Source of the DNA: Eledone cirrhosa
Taxonomy: Eukaryota
Direction of reading: 5' to 3'
NCBI GenBank assembly: GCA_964016885.1
Contig: OZ024754.1
Coordinates: 372,001 to 436,000 of the forward strand
Length of the DNA stretch: 64,000 nucleotides
This document shows positions 11,762-22,310 of the stretch, one piece after another. The notes under the pieces were generated by a model that saw nothing but the letters and a program-made list of their open reading frames with translations, was not told where the DNA came from and searched no databases. The position numbers and the translations under genes are program-made. Position 1 is the stretch's first letter. Each line of letters opens with the position of its first letter.

Positions 11762-13570
11762 ATAAGGTAATGGATTCTTTTACAATGGAATTAGCTCGAA
11801 GGAGGAAAATACCCACTGAGCCGTGTATAAACTAATATGTATGTGATGAAACACAGATACCAACACATCTGTATATATATATATACACACACCCACATAA
11901 AGAGTGATGTGCTCATGCATGGAGATGCTATAAAACATCTTATAGAACAGAATGAAGATCCTTAAATCAGGCTCTAGTAGTGGCTGTTTGCAACAATCTA
12001 TATTATAAGGAGCAACTATCAACATACGGCGGACTACCATGAAGAGAATATCTTGCTTAACTTTGATAATAGCAATCATCAGCAATATTTAAAGTCCATT
12101 TTGTCTGCTAGCATTAGTTAGAGTATGTCTATATGTGTGTGTCAGGAGAGTCAGTACTTAATCGGAGTTAGTGACATTTCAGGAGCCACATCTTATTTAC
12201 ATATGTTCCTGCACTCTATAGAGTGTTCCAGGGGCATTTTATCATTGCACCAGCATTAGGGGAGGGTGTTATGTCTTTGGCACATGTGAAGAGTCCACCC
12301 AATGAGGGGCAAAGGAAGCAATTGCTGCGGGCCTCCTGCAGTAGGGGGGGTCCCGCCATGCTGGCCTTGGCAATTTATTTGTGCCCTCAGCTAGGCTTTT
12401 AAGTTTTAAGATGGTTAGAACTTTTGAATTTAATACCTGTATATATAACTTTTCAATTCCAATTACTTGCATCCAAGCTGACTTTGATATGTAAAATTGG
12501 GAGGGTTTGCTGTGTTGAAGTGCCCCTCACAAACCTGAAGTGCCCTGGGGTCTCCCAAGGTCTAAATCAAGCCCTGCTTCATAATTATTTTCTATGTTTA
12601 CCTAAACAATTACATTGTTACACATACATACTCTGTTTCTTTGCAGGTTTTACAGCTCTTACCTGAACACTGGTCCATCAGTATTCTTTCGCATTTCTTG
12701 TCACGTTCCATTCGCCGCAGCATAAACCATTCACGGACAAAGAATATTGAACGCACACTTGCTCGCTGTGAGAACCTATCTGTGAAGCATTGTTTTATTG
12801 GTTTACAAAAGGAACCAATCATTATGACTGATGACAGGTGAGACTTTTATCATATCTCTCTCTCTCTCATTCTCTCTCACTGTTTGTTTGTCACTTCTCT
12901 CTCTCTCTTTACCAAGCAGACTTATGATCAACGGCATTTCATAAAAATTATCCTATAATAATGTACCCAGGGCTACATTATCTAATGTGTCCTTTTTTTT
13001 TAAAATCAGAAGCATATATTTTGAAGGATGTTAGTTAGCAGCTGATTGCAGGCATGGCTGTGTATTGTGACTTCTTAGACAAGGTTCTTCAGTCACAGAC
13101 TCTTTCAATGAACTTTTTTGTTATAGTATACTGTGGTTAAGCACCAGCATTTGGCCCTTAGTAGTCTTTAGCAGTGTACACTCTATTGCAAGCATTCAGG
13201 TGAGGTTTCCTGTCTGAAGGTAACTTCCTTCTTTGTTTTCACCAATTCTCCCTCACTGGATCATACCCTCAGGTTCATTAGATATCTACTAAAATGTTTT
13301 TTGGAGTTTTTATTCAATCTACTGAAAGTTACAAATCAATCCCTTGCAAATGTCTGACCTTGTGCCAATATAAAACGTAAGTCATTAAAGACATTTTTCT
13401 TTTTTTATCTCCTTTTCTCTTCTTGTAGGCTGTGTGCTGTTTGCAGACGTTCATTCTCAGATTCCACATTCTTGCGATATCCAAACGGAGTTATCACACA
13501 CATCCATTGTGCTAAAAACCCCAATATTTGTCCAGTTACTGGAAAACTGTTCAGTCTAAAGAAATCCTGA
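1646..13570 (+). CDS. TGFBRAP1: TGF-beta receptor-associated protein 1 (Vps3/Vps39 family CORVET subunit), last 8 coding exons; 5' part lies upstream of the window
   Basis: Eight phase-compatible GT-AG exons (1646-1718, 3048-3182, 4414-4514, 5121-5232, 5498-5652, 11001-11073, 12647-12837, 13429-13570) splice into a protein collinear with the human TGFBRAP1 C-terminal half: KEKYHTHLAVLYLD, AILYGKLEEHDKAL, LLPEHWS, LARCENL, C-terminal CxxC...RYPNG..H.HC zinc finger. Confidence 0.95.
1748..2055 (+). mobile_element. piggyBac-type MITE, copy 1, with three internal 44-bp repeats
   Basis: TTAA-CTCTTTAGCATTTA...TAAATGCTAAAGGG-TTAA terminal inverted repeats with TTAA target sites. Confidence 0.8.
2130..2370 (-). 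mobile_element. SINE 3' region with RTE-like (GAT)n tail
   Basis: Minus strand reads GGTTGGTGTTAGGAAGGGCATCCAGCCATAGAAA...CCATGGTAGCATGGAAGATAGACGTTAAAG-(GAT)n; related piece at ~13860-13990. Confidence 0.55.
2670..2766 (-). mobile_element. Extremely 5'-truncated RTE LINE 3' end
   Basis: Near-identical to the 3' end of the RTE copy at 38551-38655 (TTTTCCCTGCTTGCAAGGGTGGGA...CAGCACAGCATCTCTCCA). Confidence 0.75.
3048..3182 (+). CDS. TGFBRAP1: TGFBRAP1 exon (VFTGRSASEEEMDKMAPDTIVDFLHSFPSAVILYLEFLVFQKKLQ)
   Basis: tttccag acceptor, cag|gtttgt donor, 135 nt, phase 0-0. Confidence 0.92.
3235..3575. repeat. (CAT/CAC)n trinucleotide microsatellite
   Basis: Direct reading. Confidence 0.95.
3830..4165 (+). 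mobile_element. CR1/L2-type LINE 3' fragment with (ATT)n tail
   Basis: Translates RRHFFTLSVAEAWNKLPASVVSC*DTASFK (CR1-type ORF2 C-terminal FF..RV...WN.LP..VV motif), then a UTR and (ATT)n. Confidence 0.7.
4414..4514 (+). CDS. TGFBRAP1: TGFBRAP1 exon (KEKYHTHLAVLYLDQVLKLQ...)
   Basis: ctttcag acceptor, cg|gtaggt donor; near-identical to human KEEYHTHLAVLYL. Confidence 0.95.
4811..5008 (-). mobile_element. piggyBac-type MITE, copy 2 (short, unexpanded, inverted)
   Basis: TTAA-CCCTTTACCATTTA...TAAATGCTAAAGGG-TTAA; reverse complement matches copies 1 and 3. Confidence 0.85.
5121..5232 (+). CDS. TGFBRAP1: TGFBRAP1 exon (SKLRHLLQVSNLYRVQLILGK...AILYGK)
   Basis: ttgtag acceptor, aag|gtatgt donor; phase matches flanking exons. 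Confidence 0.95.
5498..5652 (+). CDS. TGFBRAP1: TGFBRAP1 exon (LEEHDKALKILVHKLKDYGAAENYC...LLSVYLDP)
   Basis: cttttag acceptor, ga|gtaagt donor; clathrin-repeat-like region. Confidence 0.95.
5893..6010. repeat. 23-bp tandem repeat (~5 copies) of palindromic motifs
   Basis: CACCAACATGTTGATGATGCATG unit. Confidence 0.9.
6091..7360. repeat. 27-bp tandem minisatellite (~47 copies), intronic
   Basis: GGATGCTACACAT(A/G)CAGCAGCTATGCA unit. Confidence 0.97.
7391..10962 (+). mobile_element. piggyBac-type MITE, copy 3, inflated by an internal 60-bp array
   Basis: 7391-7560 matches copies 1 and 2 (CATTTAAACCAGCC...TTCTCTCACCTCTTTCTGTTCAA); ends CTAAAGGG-TTAA at 10951-10962. Confidence 0.8.
7561..10940. 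repeat. 60-bp tandem minisatellite (~56 copies)
   Basis: GAAAATACAATAGTAAATATAGAGTAATGTAAATGTTATGTGAGATAAAGTGTTTAC(CAT/TGT) unit. Confidence 0.98.
11001..11073 (+). CDS. TGFBRAP1: TGFBRAP1 exon (KRDILIPPAIALLNSNVAEFDSIK)
   Basis: ttcttacag acceptor, aag|gtttgt donor; aligns to human AAVDLLNRHATEFD. Confidence 0.92.
12647..12837 (+). CDS. TGFBRAP1: TGFBRAP1 exon (VLQLLPEHWSISILSHFL...LARCENL...)
   Basis: ttgcag acceptor, ag|gtgaga donor; Vps39_2-type domain. Confidence 0.95.
13429..13570 (+). CDS. TGFBRAP1: TGFBRAP1 terminal exon (LCAVCRRSFSDSTFLRYPNGVITHIHCAKNPNICPVTGKLFSLKKS*)
   Basis: tcttgtag acceptor, TGA stop at 13568-13570; C-terminal zinc-finger motif. Confidence 0.95.
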
Positions 13571-14785
13571 CTAAGTATAAATCATTGTTAATGTGATGAA
13601 ATGTTTGAAATCAGACTATTAATGGCTGCAAATATTCTCTCTATCTTCTGTATCACAATAGCAGTTGAAGTAGAAGAGAAAGAAAAAGAGACAGGGGGAA
13701 AGAAAACTCTCAAAAGAAACAGAAAAAAAAATGTTAATTTAAATAATTCAAAAAATATATTATGAAAAATGTTTGTTTTTCTTTCTGCTGCATTTTTTTC
13801 TCATCCTCCTTTGATGTTATCAACCCCAATTTTGTCATGTTTTTAAATATAGTTAAATATCATCATCAGCATCATCACCACCACTACCACCACCACCACT
13901 GTTTTACATCCACTCTTTCATGCTGACATGAGTTAGATGGGTTTTCTTCGGCAGTTTTTTTTTTTATAGGCAGATGTCTTTCTAATTCCCAGTGTTTTTA
14001 GTTGCCTCTTATAACACACAAGGTTTACTTATGCTAAAACCAGGATAAACAGAACTGTGTTGGAAGTGTGGCCTTAACTAGATTTCTGTCATTGATTTGC
14101 TTTAGAATACAATGCGAGTTTAACGTGCTGGACTATTGACCACTAAATCATTAGTTTATATATTTCAGGTATCGTGTTTTGCTCCTGAGAACATCTCATA
14201 ACTCTGTTCCAGCATTGATTAAAAACATGTTTTTCTCTTACTTTACAGTTGAATAGTTATTGATAGGAGCTTCTAGATGTAGAAACAATTTCTCTAACAA
14301 ATAGCCCATTTCTACATAGGTTATCCTGGAAAAATGACACAGCCATCACTGTCAAATAACATTTCAGGAGTGCCACTCTTAATGTGGCCACACTGAAACA
14401 TAGATCTGGGGAAATTTTGGAAATGCTTGGGTGGAGATGAGTAGATGTGTGCTGTGTTGAGGAAGTGATATGGAGGGGAGCCTCACGAGACAACAGTACG
14501 ATTTTATTGTGCAAGACAAATTAATTTCTTACATGTTAGAAATTGGTTATAAATGCAAGAAATCCTGAAGGAGAACATAGGAGCTAAAATACCTCCTTGT
14601 TAATTATATGTTCAGGAAAGCAATCTGTGATGCAAAGGAGGCAGAGATAGACACATATGCCATAGAAAACAATTGGAGGTTACTAAGGGACACCCTTGAG
14701 AGGCTTCTGACGAGTCCAATGGATAGAGCAAGATAGCCTTGTGCCTAAAGTAGAAACAATTATTATTCAATATAAAAAAAGGGCA

Positions 14786-14971
14786 GTGGATTGGCAGTAT
14801 CGGTAGAGGGTCAGACACCATGCTTTGCTGTAAAGAGTTACGGCCCTTTATGGTCTGAGTTCAAATCCCGTCGAGGTTAACTATCCCTTTCATCCTTACG
14901 GGGTTGATAAAATAAAGTACCAGTAATACACTGAGATAATTGCTGGCCTTGTGCCAAAAGTAGAAACAATT
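14786..14971 (+). mobile_element. tRNA-derived SINE (dominant family in the window)
   Basis: A-box-like TGGCAGTATCGGTAG, B-box GAGTTCAAATCC, core CCTTTCATCCTTACGGGGTCGATAAAATAAAGTACCAG, tail GGCCTTGTGCCAAAAGTAGAAACAATT. Other copies: + 19915-20100, 25497-25662, 25973-26140, 36572-36745, 52816-53095, 57655-57998 (x2), 59486-59692, 60155-60338; - 27578-27760, 29622-29845, 48658-49045, 52563-52748, 62470-62640, 62861-63038. Confidence 0.9.
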
Positions 14972-15235
14972 AGTCAATATAAAACCCACATATGCATTTA
15001 TATATATATAATTAGTTACAACAGTGACATATACAGGTACTTAAGTATACATGCATATAACTTTATTTTTTTTGGGGGGGGGGGGGGAGTCTACAAACGG
15101 TTGTAGCAGTAGTAGTAGTATCACTACTATTGCTACTACAACAACCACCACAATTATGGCTCTTCTTCTTTGCTGAATTATTCCTGGGCTGGCAATGGAA
15201 GAGTCCTCAAACACACGCACGTGTGTGTGTGTGTT

Positions 15236-15288
<53 letters not shown>

Positions 15289-15931
15289 CAGGTCACCAGT
15301 TGGTGCTACTGGTAACATGTATCCCAGTACAACCTGTCTCGTGGTCGGGTCGTTGTCGACCAAACTGGCAACCCGACCAAGGTTTCTTGGTGAGGAGGGT
15401 GACTTTGGACATCCTGCAGGACTAAAAACAAAACCTGTCAAAGGGCAAAAGAGCTCTTAAGAGTCAATGGCCATCCAAAATCACCGGGAGAGATGACCCC
15501 TTAGCCTTTGTCAAGGCAAAATTCTAGAAGGAAAACTCTGATATAACACCTGCAACCAATGATGTTGACTTGTTCTTCTTTTTGGTAAATATCATCTTGA
15601 TTAAGAGAGTGGGACTGGCTTTGTGCAGTGCCTTTGCTCACTATAAAAGCTTCACGCTACAGGCATTGCTTTATATCTGGAGATCTCTCTGCACTTGTCG
15701 TCACATGGTACCATGAGCCCAGCACTATGTGTCAATAATTGTCACAAGTGTAGTGTTTGTACCAGAGTTTTCAAGTCGCTGGCTGGACTAAAAAGTCACA
15801 CTCGTTCAGTGCATCGGTAGGGGTTCTCCTACATGGATATAAATTAGTGGCCATACTCGAAAACGAGTTGGCAGCCACCATATATATATATATAATATAT
15901 AAGATCAAAAGATGGTTAAATGAGTTCCATG

Positions 15932-16002
15932 TATTTTATTATGCGCATTTCAAAAACAAATATCATCATGCAATAACATTTGTGTTTTCATCAGATAAAA
16001 TA
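15932..16002 (-). ncRNA. Minimal type-I hammerhead ribozyme motif (left arm)
   Basis: Minus strand: UAUUUUAU-CUGAUGA-stem II-GAAA-UGCGCA-UA^AUAAAAUA; 8-bp stem I, palindromic stem III AUGCGCAU. Confidence 0.75.
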
Positions 16003-17106
16003 GGACATGATATGAAGGTTAAAAAGCAATTGTGGATAGTGCAGTTTTAAATCAACATATAAAAAGTAGTTTTAGATTGATGTGTGATATTTTGAAAAAA
16101 TTTTGAGGGGGGGGGGGTGAAAAAGAGGAGGAGATGAGAGTAAAAAGTGGAGGGGGAGGAGTATAGTGAGGAAGGATGAGATAGGAGGAGAGATGGGTGA
16201 TAGAGAGATAGCTTTTATAACTGAGAAAAATATATTGTTTTACATAGAGAGGTTGAAAAAAACCGTTGGAAGATAATGTATAAATTAAAAGAATTTGAAA
16301 ATTAACGAAGAGAAAAATAATGTAAAGTTAAGGTTTGTATATTGAAGGGTTTAATAATATGTGCGATGAAAAGAAATTGTTAATATGTATTAAGAATAAT
16401 ATTTAAGGGTTTAATAATATGTGCGATGGAAAGAAAATGTTAATATGTATTAAGAATAATATTTAAGGGTTTAATAATATGTGCGATGGAAAGAAAATGT
16501 TGATATGTATTATTAAAAAAACAGAAGTAATGTAAGTAAGGATATATTGTGAGTTGAGACTGAATAAGTTAGATGAAAGGGAGAAAAAAATAATGAATAG
16601 AGGATGAATAATCTAACGTCAAAAATTGTTTATGTTTACGAAGGATTTTTTCAAGGTGATATGAAGTAATAATATGGTGTATTGTGTAGTAATTGTTTCT
16701 ATGTTAGGCACAGTGAGAAAAGGTACAGATTAGGGGTTAGAAATTAGGAGTGAATGTAGAATATAATAAATATAATAAATAATTTTGAAATAAGGTAGAA
16801 ATTTTCAAATTCTTTTAATTTATACATTATCTTCCAACGGTTTTTTTCAACCTCTCTATGTAAAACAATATATTTTTCTCAGTTATAAAAGCTATCTCTC
16901 TCTCTCTATCACCCATCTCTCCTCCTATCTCATCCTTCCTCACTATACTCCTCCCCCTCCACTTTTTACTCTCATCTCCTCATCTTTTTCATCCTCCCCC
17001 CCTCAAATTTTTTTCCCAATATCACACATCAATCTAAAACTACTTTTCATATGTTGATTTAAAACTGCACTATCCACAAGTGTTTTTTAACCTTCATATC
17101 ATGTCC

Positions 17107-17177
17107 TATTTTATCTGATGAAAACACAAATGTTATTGCATGATGATATTTGTTTTTGAAATGCGCATAATAAAATA
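17107..17177 (+). ncRNA. Minimal type-I hammerhead ribozyme motif (right arm)
   Basis: TATTTTAT CTGATGA AAACACAAATGTTATT GCAT GATGATATTTGTTTTT GAAA TGCGCA TA^ATAAAATA; same sequence as the left-arm copy. Confidence 0.75.
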
Positions 17178-17302
17178 CATGGAACTCATTTAACCATCTT
17201 TTGATCTTATATATTATGTATACTCCAGTCCTACAAACTGTAGAGTGCTTCTTATCCGATATCTGCATTGCTTTATTGTACTACAATAAAACTCACCTCC
17301 TA

Positions 17303-18176
17303 CATATATATATAAAACAGAGGATGTCTGTCTGTCTGTTTCCCTAAAACTCGAGAAGTACCCAACCGTTTTTTTTCAAACTTTACACATGTAACCCGTA
17401 TGACCCCGGAAGTGTTTTGAGCAAAAACAAATTTCAAATTATTCTGACCTAGGGATCGAATTAGTGAAGTGGCCAATGTCTGTACATAATGAGGGAGTGA
17501 GAGGGGAGAGAAAGAAACTGAGAGGCGAAGTGAAGAAGTGGCTCTCTACTCCTCCTCCTCCTTTGTCACAGCGTTTTTCGATAGAGGGGAGAAATGTGAA
17601 CGAGTTACAGAGAGGAAAGAAACAGACAGACTAAAAGAGGGGGATTGCGGGAGAGAGAGACGCTGGAAGAGGGGAAGGAAAGCTATATGTCTTGCTGTCT
17701 GCATTACGATACATATATATACACACACACACTGATCGCGCTATAATGACGTAATGCAGACAGTCAGACATACAGACAGATATTATAAGGCGCAACGTTA
17801 TATCTATGTATCTATCTAAAAAGAAAGACTAAGAATTATAGAGAGAGATCGCTAAATCACTTAATACGGTCCCTAGGGCATTGAAAATTTGAAATATTTT
17901 TTGCTCAAAACACTCACAGGACCATAAGTATTACATGTGTAAAATTTGAAAACATTCGGTTGGGTGGTTCTCAAGTTTTAGTGAGCTGACAGACAGACAG
18001 ACATTCTCTGTTTTAGATATATAGATATATATATATAATTATATATTCGTGTACAGATATTTTTGGATACACAATAACAAAATATATATAAAAGTATTTA
18101 TTTCACGAGGCTCAATAAGGATAAATATATAAGAACCCTAGAGCAAATCCCGAGTAACGCCGGGCCATTCTGCTAG
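17303..18176 (+). mobile_element. Non-autonomous Helitron containing an inverted copy of a Helitron 5' end (~17740-18025)
   Basis: 5' (TA)nAAAC..(TGTC)n..CCCTAAAACTCGAGAA; 3' hairpin CCCGAGTAACGCCGGG then CTAG|T. Confidence 0.7.
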
Positions 18177-18762
18177 TATATATATAAAACTGAGGATGTC
18201 TGTCTGTGTGTGTGTGAGTTTGAATCCCTAAAACTAGAGAAGCACCCAACCGACTGTTTTCAAACTTTAGACATGTAATACTTATGTTTCAGAGAGTGTT
18301 CTGAGCAAAAATAATTTCAAATTTTCAATGCCCTAGGGACCGCATTAGGCGATTTAGCAATCTCTCTCTATAATTCTTAGTCTTTCTCTTTTTAGATAGA
18401 TACATACATATAACGTCGCGCCCTTATAATATCTGTCCGTATGTCTGGCTGTCTGCATTACGTCACTTCCTACAATTCGCTCTGCGTCCAGAACGCGCCC
18501 TTATAATGTCTGTATGTCTGGCTGTCTGCTGCCTCCGGTTATTTCGCCACCCGTGCTCAAGACAAATCTCACACTCATTCCCCAAACAGTTGGTAAGTGC
18601 ACACAACTTCTTCCTCACGTTTTAAGCCACAGAGTTGCTTACTTACGTACCACCAGACCCTTACTTCTTTGCCAGCCGTGGTTTTGGCAATACTAAGCTT
18701 AGCTAAGGCGGTTATATATTTCACAATACCTTATCCCGTGCAACGCCGGGTACCACTGCTAG
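18177..18762 (+). mobile_element. Non-autonomous Helitron, in tandem with the previous copy
   Basis: Same 5' family sequence; 3' hairpin CCCGTGCAACGCCGGG and CTAG|T at 18759-18763. Confidence 0.75.
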
Positions 18763-19357
18763 TATATAATAAATAAGAGAGATGGTTTTATTTGTACATC
18801 ATTTTATTATCTAATTCATTATACGTATTTCCTAGATGCAAAGGTAGTTACACAATAACCACTTTACATGTTTTCTTCAGATGAATTGAGATGTGTTTTG
18901 CTATCCATTGATATGCGACTGGTTTAACGTGTCGTTAACCTCTCTGTCCAATACTCATATCACTAGATTCCTATTGTAGCAGTTCTATTTGGAGTGGGAG
19001 ACATTTTGTTGCTATTTAATCTATCAGTGTTTTCATGCTTGCTATTGTGTGTTTTTTTTCTCTATGGTTAATTGCTAGTTTTCTATTATTAATCTTCACT
19101 GTTTTGTGCTATAATTTTGGTTGAGTAAGAGAGTTTAATAATGTGTCGATTCCGCTGTACTTGTGTGATTGGGTAAACACTTAGCTAGACTTTTCTTTAA
19201 TGCGTTAGATATGTTTGTTTTTTTTTTGTAGTCTCAATGAGTGGGGAGGGTTATACCATTTAATGGAATGGGATCTCACCCTCTTATTTGATTTTATGGT
19301 AGTAGTTGAATTATATTTATTGACTTCCGGTATGTGCGTGTGTATGTATGTAAATAT

Positions 19358-19403
<46 letters not shown>

Positions 19404-20438
19404 GAAATAACTCTGTTGCCTTCTAAATAGCCACGACTTAAGCTCATGCTTAAGTATCAAGTGGGGCACTACTCAAAATCGAGTTGCTGCCCATGACCCT
19501 CCCCAAATATAAGAAAATATAAGAAAAATACACAAAACAATTCAAGGAATCGAAGATATTTATTAATAGAAATTATTTACAGTGAGGGAAACAGAACAAT
19601 AAAAACATTAGGAGGCTAGATAAGTATTAACATTTATATAAGATAACAGAGGCAGTTGAATATATAAATGCAACAAAAATTAGGAGCAGATAAAAGCATT
19701 AAAAATTAAAAACATGCTGCAACAGAAAAGTACAGTGAAAAACAAATGTCCGAAGTAGTTAATTTTTTTTAAAATAAAGTTAATAAGAGAAGGCATGTAA
19801 TTCAAATATAAATTTAAAAGTATAAATTTAAAAATACATCTCCAAAAAATATTTTTAATAATATATTTTTAAAAGTTCGACTACGTAATTCAGTCATGAT
19901 TATTATTATTCAAGGTTGATTGGCAGTATCGGTAGAGGGTCTGACGCCATGCTTTGCAGCATAGAGTTATGGCCCTTTATGGTCTAAGTTCAAATCCCGC
20001 CGAGGTTAACTTTGCCTTTCATCCTTACGGTGTCGATAAAATAAAGTACCAGTAATACACTGGAATAATTGCTGGTCTTGTGCCTAAAGTAGAAACAATT
20101 ATTATTCAAACCATCCAAAAGAATAAATAGAATCATCAAAGTAAAAAATCAAATATAGATTGAAGTGTTATCAAGACACATCATCCAAAAAGTACCACAT
20201 AGTTGAATAGAGAAGACAGTCATAATTAAGCGTTCAGAGCATCCATCTCTGGCCTTATGCTAGGATGGATGAAACGATCATAAGTGATTGTTTTAAACAC
20301 TCTTTGTCATTTACATTGTATTTCGGCTCTGTAGTATACTTGTAATTGGGTAATATTTATTATTACACACATTATATATATATTTATATAGCTGCAATTA
20401 TAGGTTTATCTTTTATAAAGTTTTATATTTCTCTTGTT

Positions 20439-21662
20439 TCATTTTTTTTTTATATCGTTCTTTTTATGTTTAAAAATGCCTTTTATTGTCTTGTCTTGTT
20501 TCTTAGATGTTGTTTTCTTCTTAAACCTGTATGTTATTTTTTGCTGATATATTTCTGGCAGTAAAATCAGTTCTTTTTGTTTTTCTAAATTATACGTTTT
20601 GGATTCCATATCTTTTCCATAAAATAGTATTTTCGTTAATGGGTTCGCTTCGCCATTTCCAAAATCGAATGTGCCTTCACAAACGATTTCTTCGGGTCCC
20701 TCTTTACTTTCATTTTTCACTATGCCTTCACAATGATAAGATCGATGGATTATGTCTTTCAATATGTTCTGCGCCTCTATTAGATTATCATCTTTTAATA
20801 TCTTTTCAAAAATACTGTCAGTAATATAGGTAAATTTCTTCATATCATCGATATCTCTGAACAAATGGAGTTCTGTCTCTGCAGACTCTAACGCTTCTAT
20901 TAATAAACGGTTAAAAAGCAGAACAGTTTTGTGTTTATAGACTTTTTTATGTTGTTGATATCTGGAATAAAACATGTCATAGAAATTATTGAGGGTTTTA
21001 TCACTGTAACATATTTCACCACCTATTATTCTCGACATCCTTATTATTCTGTTGTAATCAAAAGATAATCCAATACCGAGAAAATGAGCATCTCTAGATA
21101 AGTAGTCCCATTTATCAACATCGATACCACAGGATTTATTATTGATAATTTGGAAAAGAAACTTTTTCTCCTCGGTCGTCTTTGATTCACCGATAATAAG
21201 ATCCTTTATCAACTCGACTTGATTATCTAACAGTTGATATTTAATATTTGGGTTGCTGTCAATAAGATGCATAAACATTTTGCATGATGCTTTTTCGTGG
21301 CACCAGTCTCTGCGTTTTTTGATAGCTTCTTGAAAGACATGAGAAAAAGGACCATGTCCTAAATCATGACACAATCCGGCAATTTCAACACAAAGTACAT
21401 CGCTATCGGTTATATCCAATGTTACGTGTTGCTGCTTGAGATGGCGAATAAGTCTCCCTGCTAGATGACAAGTCCCTAAACAGTGCTCAAATCTATTATG
21501 TGAAGCCGATGGGTAAACATAATAAGTCAAACCTAATTGTTTGATGTTACGTAATCTTTGAAATTGAATAGTATTTATAATCTCAATACAAAGTGGTGGC
21601 AATTCCATAGAACCGTGAATGGCGTCATGAAAAATCTTGCTTGTTTGTTTAGAAAGGGCCAT
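20439..21662 (-). CDS. SAMHD1: SAMHD1-like HD-domain dNTP triphosphohydrolase, single coding exon, no SAM domain (407 aa)
   Basis: Motifs QFQRLRNIKQLG, SHNRFEH, IAGLCHDLGHGPFSH, WCHE, GIDVDKWDYLSRD, FDYNR, FYSRY..H..VY.HK are collinear with the human SAMHD1 HD domain from K116; ORF intact. Probably a lineage-specific paralogue rather than the orthologue. Confidence 0.92.
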   Translation of the reverse strand: MALSKQTSKIFHDAIHGSMELPPLCIEIINTIQFQRLRNIKQLGLTYYVYPSASHNRFEHCLGTCHLAGRLIRHLKQQHVTLDITDSDVLCVEIAGLCHDLGHGPFSHVFQEAIKKRRDWCHEKASCKMFMHLIDSNPNIKYQLLDNQVELIKDLIIGESKTTEEKKFLFQIINNKSCGIDVDKWDYLSRDAHFLGIGLSFDYNRIIRMSRIIGGEICYSDKTLNNFYDMFYSRYQQHKKVYKHKTVLLFNRLLIEALESAETELHLFRDIDDMKKFTYITDSIFEKILKDDNLIEAQNILKDIIHRSYHCEGIVKNESKEGPEEIVCEGTFDFGNGEANPLTKILFYGKDMESKTYNLEKQKELILLPEIYQQKITYRFKKKTTSKKQDKTIKGIFKHKKNDIKKK

Positions 21663-22197
21663 TATTAATGGTTTGACTTGCTTACATAAATTTCCTCAAA
21701 CCGATGTTGTTATTTCTCTTATGCTTGTCTTGTTTTCCTATTAAAAAATTAGCAAGTCGTTTGGAATCACTGGTCGAAACCTATCAAAGTTATTATATCA
21801 GTGAAAATAGGCATAAAGCTTCTACTGCGTCACTTTGATCATAGTGAAAATGAAACTAACTGAGACTAACGACGCAATTATGTTATAACACCAACTCCCA
21901 CCACCATCACTATAACAACCACTACAGAGATAATAACAGTCATGTGCATAGTCGCTCGCTATACACACACATTTAAGGATAACATAAATATACGCATACA
22001 TATATCCAGAGAGGCACGTACACACAGCAGTACGTTGTTCGATATTATTACGAAAAAGTGTAGCAGAGAATCCCGCATGAACTGCCTGTACCAGTTTATC
22101 TCGGCTCACTCAATGGGCAATGTAAGATACATTACCAGAGTATACACATAGTTATTTGCCTCAACACAACACACGTAAAACGGGTGCCTATATGGTT

Positions 22198-22310
22198 CTC
22201 GGACTCGAGTTTCTGCCGCACTAATGCAGCAGTAAGGTGCACTGCACCATCTCTCTGCATATATTATACAATAATGCACAATCGGCTTATGCGGCTTCAT
22301 CAGCGGGTAT
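22198..22310 (-). ncRNA. Hammerhead ribozyme-like motif with long stem-II insert (partly decayed)
   Basis: Minus: CCCG CUGAUGA A GCCGCA[insert]UGCGGC A GAAA CUCGAG UC^CGAG; palindromic stem III ACUCGAGU; stem I imperfect. Confidence 0.5.

Larger units (their letters stand above)
15885..17222. mobile_element. ~1.3-kb fold-back element: two ~420-bp inverted arms (probable Penelope pseudo-LTRs) around a ~500-bp spacer
   Basis: 15885-16303 is the reverse complement of 16800-17222 with few mismatches. Each arm carries a hammerhead motif overlapping AATAAA. The spacer has three 60-bp repeats at ~16345-16515. Confidence 0.85.

Noticed and set aside
14700-14740. CTGACGAGTCCAATGGA hammerhead-like start
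   Set aside because: The GAAA half of the core is missing; at most a decayed relic.
14786-14971. tRNA genes at GAGTTCAAATCC motifs
   Set aside because: No cloverleaf; each continues into a shared SINE core and tail.
15286-15560. GC-richer segment with hairpin GGTCGGGT/ACCCGACC, possibly a LINE 5' UTR or HDV-like ribozyme
   Set aside because: Could not build the nested double pseudoknot by eye; left unassigned.
20439-21662. Bacterial contamination or horizontal dGTPase
   Set aside because: Motifs (VLCVEIAGLCHDLGHGPFSH, GIDVDKWDY) are metazoan SAMHD1-type and the flanks carry host SINEs; a viral intermediate cannot be excluded without phylogeny.
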